64,000 bases of DNA from Cycas panzhihuaensis (taxonomy: Eukaryota > Plantae > Cycadophyta): positions 199,275,741 through 199,339,740 of the forward strand of contig CM041465.1 of assembly GCA_023213395.1 (NCBI GenBank), read 5' to 3'. The first letter of the stretch is position 1; each line of letters starts with the position of its first letter. This document shows positions 53,048 through 64,000 of the stretch, piece by piece. Position numbers and translations under genes: made by a program. Below the pieces are notes generated by a model. That model searched no databases, was not told the origin of the DNA, and saw only the letters and a list, made by a program, of their open reading frames with translations.

Positions 53048-55885
53048 AGATGGTACTTGAAGTGTTAAGGAGAAGGAAGTTATATGCAAATATGAAGAAG
53101 TACAGGTTTATGAAAAGGAGCCTAGTATTCCTAGGCTTTATGATTTCACAAGAGGGATTATAAATGGATGAGAAGAAGATCAAGATAATCATTTAGTGGA
53201 TAATACCTAAGACTATGAAAAAGGTAAAAAGTTTTCATAGTCTAGCTCAGTTTTATAGAAAGTTCATTAGGAAATTTAGTAGAATTATTACACCCTAATA
53301 GATTGTATAAAGGGTAAGGAACTGGCCTAGATTAGGGAAGCAGAGAATAGCTTCAAAATCTTAAAGTAACTGAGGTACCTATACTCATACTACCAAACTT
53401 TCAAAAAGTATTTGAGGTTGATTATGATGTTTCACATGTTGCAATTGGAGCAACACTTAGTCAAGAAGCAAGACCTATAGCATTTTACAGTGAGAATCTG
53501 AATGAGATAAGAAGATGGTATTTAACTTATGACTTAGAATTTTATGTGATTATCCAAGATTTGATGCATTAGAGACATTACCTCATACTTAAAGAATTTA
53601 TCCTATTCATTGATCATCAAGTCTTGAGGTATGTAAATACCCAAAGAAAATTAAATGCCATATATGTTAAGTGGGTATCTTATCTACAAAGCTTTATATT
53701 TATTTTGAAACATAAATTAGGTAAACATAAGCATGTTGCTTATGCATTAAGTAGGTGAGTGGCATTATTTACCACCATGGAAAATAAGGTGGTAGGATTT
53801 GAAGCCATTAAGGGTTGGTATGACTTAGACCCTAACTTTAGAAAAATTATTAAGCATTATAAGAATCCTATAATTGAGGGGCATGGTCTTTTATGTGATG
53901 ATTACTTTATGTAGGACGACTACTTATTGAAGGAAAGACAATTTTACATCCCAATATGCTCCATAAGAGAGAACATCATACAAGAGCTTCATAGTGGAGA
54001 TCTTGGAAAGCATTTTGGTTGAAATAAGACCATAGCATTAGTAGAAGAAAAATATTTTGAACCTCGAATAAAGAGTGATGTGGCAAGATTTGTGGCATTT
54101 TATATGATATACCAAATGGCTAAGGGAAATGCACAGAATACTAACTAATATATGCCCTTACCAGTACCTAAAGGACCATGGATAAACTTGAGCATGGACT
54201 TTGTATTAGGATTATCACATACACAAAGAGGTCATGATTCTAGTTTTATCATTATTGATCATTTTTTAAAAATAGTTTATTTTATTGCATGCAAGAAGAC
54301 AAATGATGCAATTAGGAAAATAGATTTATTCTTTAATGAAGTTACAAGATTTTATGGTATTTCAAAGACTATCACTTTAAATTAGGACACAAAGTTTTTA
54401 AGTCATTTCTAGAAGACTCTATGGAAGAAGCTTAAAATAAAACTCCAATTTAGTAGTGCCTAATATCCACAAACTAATGGATAAACTAAAGTTTAAAAGA
54501 CTTGCTAAGGTACATTATTAGGGAAAGCCCAAATAGTAGGATTTGGCATTAGCATAAGCAGAATTTATATATAATAGTTCTATGAATAGGTCAATAGGTA
54601 AATCACCTTTATAGGTTATATATAGTAGAAACCCAAAGGGTGTGTTGGATTTAGTACACCTACCCATTGGGGAAAAGGTGAGTGATGATGTAGAAGCTTT
54701 TATAGAGCATATACAATAGGTTCATGAGGAGGTGAGAAAAACGTTATAGGACAATAATAAAAGGTACAAGGAAGCAATAGACATGACTCACAGATATAAC
54801 ATATTTAAAGAGAGAGATTTAGTGATGGTTTACTTGAGGAAAGATAGATTTTCCTAAGGGACCTATAACAAACTTAAATACAAAAGGTTGGACTATGTCG
54901 AGTTATAAAGAAGATAAATGACAATATGTATGAGGTGAATACACCTAAACACTTAGATATATATCCTACTTTTAATGTTTCAGATCTATATATATATATA
55001 TATATCATAAAGGAGATGAAGAGGTAGGTTATGAAGTTGAAGTGGCAAGTTGGGAACCCTAAATGCCAAAGAAGAAGTAAGAAGAAATTGAGCAAGTATT
55101 AGATATAAAAATAATGAACACATGGTAGGAAAATTACAATAGGTACCTAATGAAGTGGAAAGGTCTACCACAAGCAGACAACATCTAGATCACCAGATCA
55201 CTAAAGAAGAACTGAAGCAATTAAATATTAATAAATGATAAGAAATTCATCATAATAACTTACAGGGGTAGAGCTCTTTTCAACCTAGGGAGAATGATGG
55301 AGAAGCATCTAAACCTTCATCATCACTCTATTTATTTTTCACTTTTTTAGTCATTTTTCTCTAAATTTTAGGGTCTATTAATTGAAACATAACTTTTGAC
55401 TCAGTGCTCAAAATTTAGTCCTCTTAGTGCCAAATCAAAAGTCTATTCAAGTAAAATAAATGAAAATGGCCTAAGATAAGACCAAAGGGCCATCCGAAGG
55501 CCATAGGTTTTTAGCCAAAAAATACTGCAAAAATGCTAAAATTTCAAGATTTATTTTATATGTCTAAAAATAGTAGTCAATTTTTTACTAGTTTTTACTT
55601 TTATATAATAAACGTTAATGGTCTAGTTTTTCTTAGAAGGACTTAAGTTAGAAATATGGAATTATATACTATTTTACATAATTAAGAAGTTTTTAGGATT
55701 AGGATTAGAAATTTCTAAACTTCTTGCTTTCACTTATATAAATGCAATTTTAGATTATCTTTTGGTATATTAAATGGAATGGAATGGAATTAGAAGTAAA
55801 ATTACTCTCTTTATTCTTTGGCTCTTTCTTGTTTTAAGTTTATATATGTAAGATTAAATGTTTTCCTTATAAGTTGTACTCATCA
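53048..55885 (+). mobile_element. 3' half of a CRM-lineage Gypsy element with its 3' LTR
   Basis: RT end VLEVLRRRKLYANMKK; RH FEVDYDVSHVAIGATLSQE; INT PLPVPKGPWINLSMDFVLGL; chromodomain-like YLMKWKGLP; PPT agggagaa; LTR 55295-55885 with TGATG..CATCA termini. Confidence 0.88.
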
Positions 55886-56168
55886 AGATGTTTGTTGTTT
55901 TGTTAATTCTAGTTTATTTTTATAAGGTGGACAATTTTTGTGTAAATATTCTTGAGTTTAAATTTATAGAGCAAATAATATAACACTTGGAGTAATCCTT
56001 TAGGATTCTGTCTCCATTCCTTATAAAAGAAATATTTGATAAATGAAAAAAAAAAAAAAGGTGTAACCATTATTGTTTTAATCTCCTTGGACTGTCTTAA
56101 AAGTGCTAATTTACAAATTGGTTTGAAGGGTTTGGATTGAGGATTTCCCATTCCCTCAAGGTCAGGGA

Positions 56169-56171
<3 letters not shown>

Positions 56172-56209
<38 letters not shown>

Positions 56210-56227
56210 AATATATATATATATATA
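56172..56227. repeat. Compound (CT)n/(AT)n microsatellite
   Basis: (CT)18 followed by (AT)8. Confidence 0.95.
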
Positions 56228-59200
56228 GTAGGAATATGGGATTGATTCGGCAAGGGCTGAGGATTCCTCTCTGTTTATTTATGTTGATAGGAATTTAGGT
56301 TGAGAATTTCCCACTTCTTGTAAGGGTTGAGGATCCCCCTTCTTTATTTTTATATGCATGAGTAATACTTGTATGATACGCATTTGCTACCACATGCTTG
56401 GATAGGTTAATTGATATGAATCACACTCCTCATAGAGATAAGAGCCAATGATCCTATATGTAGCTGAGTGCGGTATGAAGCACATGACCCATTATCTTCA
56501 TGTGTTATGTGCCAGGGAATATGCATCGTTACAGAGAGATAACTTATAGATATTAACTTAATGGTGGTGTAAGTATAGTTGGAATTTCCAAATAGAGTGT
56601 AAGAATTGATTTACAATATAGAATGTAGAAAAATAATCAAGTAATAATTGTTATATTATCATTTTTAGACAAGAATGCCTAAATTATAGTGCAACCTATA
56701 ATTTAGAAATATACCATTAATGTTTGAATTACAAGAAAGTGTTCAGAAATAAGATAACTTAGTAGTGTTTCAGGCGGAACATAATATTTATAAACAATTA
56801 GCATTGTCTAAATTTTATTTGTTATTAATTAAGTCATTTGGAATGGTTTTCAGTAGAGAGTTGAGTGAAATACTAATACTCCAACATTCATATCATGTGC
56901 TCCAACTTGGGGGGAGCTTCTTTCTCGAGATTGCTATTGGTTGAGCAATGAATCCACCTAAAGTAATTTGGTTGTCTTCTCATTTTAGTTGAAATGATTA
57001 TATACAAGATGCCTTAATGATGATTTGTATTGCTATGTTTCTTATTATATTGTTTAAATTTTAGGGTTGTCATATTGATGCATGAATTCTACTTGGAAAC
57101 ATTACATAACTCTTGTACTAAACCTCTTTGGGCATACAATTTTCTACTATGCACAATTTGTAAAAACTCTAATTTTAGCTTCCTTAGTTCAAGTAGTTTA
57201 TCAAATGTGGCTTAATTTTAAAACTCAGATAAGTCATAGCTAGGAGGCCATGACATGCTACTCATTTCACTAATACAAACTCTCATGGGTTTATTCTCAA
57301 GCTAACTTTTCTCTAGCACTGAATCCCTAATGGGGCTACTTATAAATGCCTTTGGAGTACTCTAAAGTACACCCCTTCTTCATCAACTAGCTTATAGATG
57401 TACTAATAGATTTTATTTACTACTTTCTTTCTTAGTCTTGTAAGGTGATCAAGCTTATTGGCGAGCTCAATTTTGTGGATAAATCGTCAACAACTACTTG
57501 GTTAATATAAGGATCCCTCACGCATATAAAATATCCACAAATAACTCATCAAAAGAATATTAACATCAATTTCTCATGTGTGACTTTTATGATTATGACA
57601 TGAGTTACTTCTTATACAACTTCTACTTCTCTTCTTATACAACTTGCTTTTCATAGACATATATGCTAGATTTGCCTCAAAATTAATATAATCACTTATC
57701 TATTAGGCATTCATAAGTTAGTTCCATAATTTATAATATCCACTTGTTCCAAAAGAAACGGTCTCCAATTAATTTTGTAGGTTCTCACATCATATGCCTT
57801 TAACAATCTTGAACATACTCCATAGGATCACACCATCTTGCTCTAATACTCTGTTATAAAAATGGATCAAAATCACTTTAATACCATGTTAGAAAAAATT
57901 AATCAAAATTGCTCTAATACCATAATAGAAATATAGTTGTAATATACATATGGACATATATAATGGAAAATACATATATCAATGAGGTGATCTAAGAGAT
58001 ATAATAATAAGCATATAAAATATGAAGCATGCATAAACACATAAGACAATAAAATTGGTAGGAAATTATCATCTCAAAAAATTGTATTTCTAGAGAAGCA
58101 TACTTATAGATACATAACCTCATAAATGTCCAATCACATTTGAAAACATTTCTAGAGACCTATGAGGGTGTATGTGAGAAAGTAAGCTTTGCATAACTCT
58201 CCATAGGCTCATATTTTTATAACTATATAAGAGACACATCTTAAGACCTATTGTTGTTGAGGAAGAGCCTAAATATGATGATAGGGATCTAAGTCCTAGC
58301 ACACATCATGCAACTAAAAAATTCAAGACAAATTGATCTATTAATGCTCTTGATTCTCGCATACTGTTGGGATTTTAGTTATATAGCCTTTGGAAGATTT
58401 TGAGTATGTTTAGTCAACCATTTTATGTATGTTCAAAGTTGAGGAGCAGTTACTTTTTGGGTAATTTTTGTCAATTTATATAATAGGGTCTATCCTGATC
58501 TTGTTTTATATATATTTTAAGGAACTCCTTGACATGTACTCAATCTTTTTTAATATTGTAATATAGTAGATGGTTCATTCAAGAAAAATAATAATAATAC
58601 TTAGGTGGTTCCTTCAAAGATTTTTTTCCTTGTAGGGTTTTACCACTTGAGGATTTTTTTCGTCCATGCCTCACTCATTATCCTTACACCCCTGTATTAG
58701 GTTTGTTTTATTTGTTTGATAGTGGTAAACTCTATTAGAGGATACATTCATCTCAAGATCCTGATTCTTTATCACATCAATGAATAGATTTAACGGTTTT
58801 CTAGTACTAGCATATATGTAATACCTTTTTACATGTGGAAAAGGATTTAATATATCTACTTGATATAAGTATTTATGTAGTGATTGTCATATTGTGCACA
58901 TTAATACAGGGATGAATGGGTTGAATGTCTCTCTAGTAGAAGCGTGTATGTACTAGTTGCTATATTATACACGTTACCACATAGATGAATGGAATCATCT
59001 ATCTAGTGCTTGTTATATTATGCAAAACTACATGCCTTTTCCACCTAAATGAGAATGACCTAGATCGAAACGTATAAATATTCCATTAGGTACATGGCCT
59101 TTCCCATTTAAGAGGACAAAATAAATAGAGATTTTGCAGAATCAATCTTTTTGTTTCTTACACGTAAAAATTCAAATATTAGATATCATAACACACGATT

Positions 59201-59561
59201 ACTTCTATCAAGTTTTGTATGATTATTTGGCATATTCATGATGCCTTTATTTGTGAAAATAACCATGATTTAATGAAATTGTAATAAGCATTTAAAAAAA
59301 TCTCCATTAAGATAAAAGCAATTTGGAGTATCTCTACACCAAGATCTTTTCATTGTGTTTTCAAATAATCTTCCACCATGTTCTAGTCCTCCTATTTTTC
59401 CAAATCTTTATGAAGCTCTTTCTTCTTGGAGATAGATAATAAGAAGAACTCACGGGAGACTAACCAATATTCCACCCATCCATAACCCATGGTTCCAAAG
59501 CTTTCGAAAATGAAGTATAGATTCTCGGGAGCCAAGTTGCGGACCGGATATTCGCATGCTA

Positions 59562-59851
59562 CACGTGACCTCCAGCTACAGGGTAACCCTATTAAAAAAG
59601 GGTACATGTCTGTATGTATCCCCGGGTAAATTCTCCCGTTAATATTTCGACTGGTATGTGGGTCTCACATCCCGACTCTGGTTGTCCTTTCTGCCGACGA
59701 AAAAGTGGCCTAATTACAGAGCAAATTGAAGGAACAGAGACGGGATGACCATCCAAATGGGCGACATCTGGACTTTTGGCAGAGCCTGTCACCCTTCCAC
59801 TAACCTGTCACACTTCCACTTCTCATTGCGTACCGTAACCTTTTACGTGTC
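59562..59851 (+). promoter_or_regulatory. Candidate SWEET cis-elements
   Basis: G-box CACGTG at 59562; TATA-like tattaaaa at 59590; tandem ctgtcac[c/a]cttccact at 59786-59820; ABRE ACGTGTC at 59845. The last three have counterparts in the duplicate. Confidence 0.35.
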
Positions 59852-60023
59852 CCAAATTCTGTGGCCACAGTTTGTGTTGGACGATATGTTGCAGAGTGTA
59901 TTTTATCCCTCCAATCCACGGTACCAAACCACCACCAACACACCTCTGATGCATTCGCCAAGCTTCTGGTAATCTCTGGAATTTCAGGCGTTCGACTCGG
60001 CCAGAGCTTCTCAAATTTGCGTA

Positions 60024-61652
60024 ATGGCGAGCTTGAGTTTCATTATCGGAGTTGTCGGTGAGATAATTTCTCCTCCCGAAATGCTGTAATAATCGGCTTC
60101 TGTTAGTATTCCGGTCCGCCATTATAGTTAAATCAAATTTGTGGCTTGAATGGATTAATACGATTACAGAGCGAATGCACGGATTTATATCATTTGATTT
60201 GGTTGCAGGGAACGTGCTATCGATCCTGGTTTTCGCCTCCCCAGTGTAAGCTAAGTCTATAATTATGATGAATTAGTGCACCATAATCGTTGTGTATGTG
60301 GTTTGGGATATTGAATTTAGATGTATGATGTGTGGGTGATCTGGATGGACAGAACAACATTCTGGCGGATAGTGAAGAACAAGTCGACCGAGAATTTCAA
60401 AGGATTACCTTACGTCTGCACGCTGCTTAGCACCTCACTTTGGACATATTATGGATTAATTAAGCCCGGCGGGTTGCTGATAACTACAGTCAATGGCGCT
60501 GGTGCTGCACTAGAAGCGATCTTTGTGACTCTGTATCTAATCTATGCTCCCCGGGAAACTAAGGCACGGAATAGTTACTTCACGCGTAATATTATTTTTT
60601 GCGATTTAAGAAAGAAATTTGTTTCATTCCCAATTCATGGATCTCTGCACTGCAATGTCGCATTTGTAATCTGGAAACCTTAATATCGTTCTAATCTAGT
60701 GTTTTTAATCTGTTTTGTAGGTGAAAACCGCTCGATTGGTGGTGCTTCTGAATGTAGCATTTTTGGGGAGTGTATTTTTGGTCACATTTCTGGCAGTTCA
60801 CGGTAAACTGCGGATAAACGTAGTGGGAGCCCTGTGCGCTGGGTTGACCTTAGGAATGTATGGCTCTCCCATGGCTTCCATGGTACGCCTACATGGCTGA
60901 TTTATCCCAAAGTCCATCTGATAATATACGGGAATTATATAGCAAAAACGTATAGTTCATAATATAAATTTAATCGTACTCAATGTCCACTATGATTTGT
61001 ATACGTTGGCTTCTTATTGATTCATGACCGGTGACTGACAGAGAACTGTCATTGTAACAAAGAGCGTGGAGTTCATGCCCTTTTTTCTATCGTTCTTCCT
61101 GTTTCTGAACGGAGGAGCTTGGAGTACATATGCAGCACTCGTCCGAGACTTCTACGTCGGGGTTAGTAATACACAGGATCTCAAATTTTCCCCTGTACAG
61201 ACTACAAATTATTCAATCTGCAACCGATTTAAAGCTAAGTTTATGTAAAAATTAAATACTGTCGCTAATGAATATTCACGCAGATACCAAACGGCCTTGG
61301 GTTCGTCCTGGGAGCTGCGCAGCTAGTTCTGTACATAATATACAGAAAGGGGAAGCCCAGCAATGAACAAGAGGAGGGAGACGATCGAAAGGAAGCAGGC
61401 ACCTTGGATGTGGAGATGGCAGGTCGTGCAGAATTAGACGGCATGAAGACGTCCTTCAATAATGGTCTGCAAAAGGAATCGATTCTGCCCGAACAGCCCC
61501 TGGTAAAACAGAATAGACTGCAAAATATTATAAAAACCGTGCCAATCGAGTTGAAGAACGTCTCGCCAGACCGTGAGAAACCATCGCACCATCACCGCCA
61601 AGGTTTCGAAGCAACAGAAGACGAAAATACAGAAGATCGACGAGAATATTGA
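60024..61652 (+). CDS. SWEET16/17-like: Bidirectional sugar transporter SWEET16/17-like (clade IV), 310 aa; join(60024-60057,60209-60245,60353-60563,60721-60882,61042-61161,61284-61652)
   Basis: [99 protein letters not shown]; two MtN3 repeats. Internal exons of 37/211/162/120 nt are typical of SWEETs. The 933-nt spliced frame is open. Confidence 0.96.
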
Positions 61653-64000
61653 ATTTGGGATAATGCTGTAGTATGGCATCCCAATGCTATTCTCTCCTCT
61701 GCATAGTTTAGATTATGATTTGATGCTCCATAAGTCAAAATAACCAGGACGAATTGAAGCCATACGCAGATTTCGTGTGTAAAGGCCCGTATGCGCACGG
61801 AAATGGCTTTTTGAAAAGTATAAATCACGGGACGATGATCAGATTTCAGAAAAATCTCCATTGAAACGATAGGGTTCGATGGAGTACGTTCCCAGAGTGG
61901 ATGTGACGCAGTCGCTTGTGTAGAGGTAATTCAAAGTGGTACCCTCAGCATTCCTTTGTAAATTTGCCGCATTGGAACTACAACATTACAACATAAAATG
62001 CAATTGTAGGTGCTCCAAACTACGCTTAAATTACAGAAGGCTTGGGCTATATACTAAATATCATACTCATTGCTCTGTACGGTAATATTTCCTCCTGAAT
62101 TTCCACCGAATCTAGCGAGGTAGGTGTGATGCCAAGAGGATTTTTTTATGGAAAAAAAATCTCCTCTTTATTTAAGGTTTTCTTTGGAGTGAAACAAAGT
62201 AATGAAAAATATCCCCAAAATAAAAATAAAGAAATATCATTTCTAATTAGTCCATAGTTTTTGTTACTTTTCTTTAGGTATGTTGTTGACAAGTTTCATG
62301 TGATGCCAAACTCTATCTTTTATGTAAGGCGTTCTTATGAATGTGAAGCATTTAAAGATTTAATGTAAACTATTTAAAAATTGCAAATAAATAATGATTA
62401 ATGTATGATTTAAATCTATTATAATGGTTATTATAAGCTTGTAATAATTTGTGTAATTTAAAAAAAAAAAAAATCATATGCACCACTATTGCATAATACT
62501 AATTTAGTAATGTGATTGTGATGCCACTTTTTTTCAAATGGATCTCTTCAAAAGAACAACAATATATAAGTACTGTAAATAGTAAAGTCATTACTATAAT
62601 AATAATGCATGATACAAAAGTTTGGATATTTAATAATAACTACCCAAATAGGTATATTAATTGTCAAAATCCTATTAACATCAAAATTAAGAGATGGCAT
62701 AATTTTCAACACTCAATCATCTTAAGTTATTTGCAAGTATAATAATGCATGGTAATAGATCTTTCAATCGATAATTAAATCACAACTATCAATTTCAATT
62801 TGGTAAAATTGTTGTGACACAAAACAAAAGAATGTCACATTAAACACTTTATATTTTAAAAGAACTTCTAAAAGTATTATGATATTTTATATTTTGAAGG
62901 ATCTCTAGATTCTAGGCAAGGCTTGTAATGTAATCTTTAATTAATAGATAGTTATAATTTTAAAAATGAAGTCATAACACATTCATCACTCTCATAAAAT
63001 TCTCATATAATAAAATCTCATAATTCAATATTGTAACATGTTATATGTATCACACTATAAATAAAAGACTTAATTTTTTAAATATTCCCATAAATACAAT
63101 CATTTCAGTTGGGTTGGTTGTTGATACCATTTTCATCTCAAAAGACAACCCAAATAATTTCTTTCACTTTTGTTTATTCCTTTAAATCTAGGTCCAAAGG
63201 AAGCCTCCAAAAGAAGTATATTTAATTCATTTAGGCCAATATAAATTTAATAAAAAATTTCTAAATAAAATAGTTTAAAATAGAGTGTACACATATTTAA
63301 ATTTATATAAACACGCACACATACAAATACATAAACGCGTGCGCGCACACACAAACATAAAAGAAAATTGTATGCATTTCCATACACTTTGAAGCCTATC
63401 AATATTGAAGACCATTTAATTAATGCCCTTAATAATAAATTTCCACATTATCTCCCACTTTAAAACATTTTAATTTAATCAAATATTCTCATAAACCCAC
63501 TTGAACTATATGGTAAGACTTAAACCCCCTTATAGATTATTAAATACCCTTAAAAATAGTTTAATACACATAATTTCATTATCATTAAATAATTTCAATA
63601 TCATATAACCAACCTTAGAGAATTGATGTTATAATAAACTAAAATATTAATACATGTTTAATTAGAGAAGTTGGCTCCATAAGAGATGCTTATATATGTG
63701 CAAAGCCATCAAGAGAACACCAACATTATTATTTTGTTTTCATTATGGATTAATTTCCACTAGCACTTTCATGCCTAGCCTTCATGTCAATATTCTACTA
63801 TCACATGTGACTATGTTAATTATTTCTATGGTTATTAATTTACGATATCTAAATTGTTGAATCCTATATTAAGTATTTGATATTAACTAATTGGGCCCAT
63901 TACATGTGTCATCAAACACAATCCCAATGTTACTATCGTTATGCTTTCCTTTACACCATGGCTTAAAGATCTTATTTCTTCAAATTTAAACCTTACATCT

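Noticed and set aside
55909-56253. 114-aa ORF with RERERE repeat
   Set aside because: Translation of the (CT)n/(AT)n microsatellite.
59823-60122. Antisense ORFs similar in both SWEET copies (also 811-1125)
   Set aside because: The similarity follows from the duplication; starts, ends and frames differ, and there is no recognisable domain.
60321-60683. ORF-track 120-aa protein as a separate gene (also 61066-61248, 61404-61652, 1084-1272)
   Set aside because: These are SWEET exons read through into introns.

Overview
Plant nuclear DNA, AT-rich. The element types and their decay suggest a large gymnosperm-like genome (inference). There is one intact gene: a six-exon clade-IV SWEET (SWEET16/17-like) sugar transporter at 60024-61652 (+), 310 aa, whose third intron has a GC donor. 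A truncated, pseudogenised duplicate of this gene with ~1 kb of its upstream region occupies 1-1370. The ~57 kb between them is a stack of decayed, partly nested retroelements: a 5'-truncated RNase H-bearing L1 LINE, a gag-only LTR element, a chromovirus carrying three nested insertions, a probable TRIM split by a Copia that itself holds another Copia, an RT-less Copia, and a Copia fused head-to-head with a CRM-type Gypsy. The most unusual object is the nested Copia at 28096-35521. Its 2.3-kb leader between the PBS and gag is a mosaic of captured host RNA sequence: an antisense RlmH-like methyltransferase fragment joined at the PBS, two ribosomal protein P0 (uL10) fragments in reversed order, unidentified coding-like pieces, and the 5' half of U2 snRNA flanked by complementary C-tract and G-tract motifs. 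All protein and RNA identifications come from manual translation compared with remembered family sequences; no search was run.
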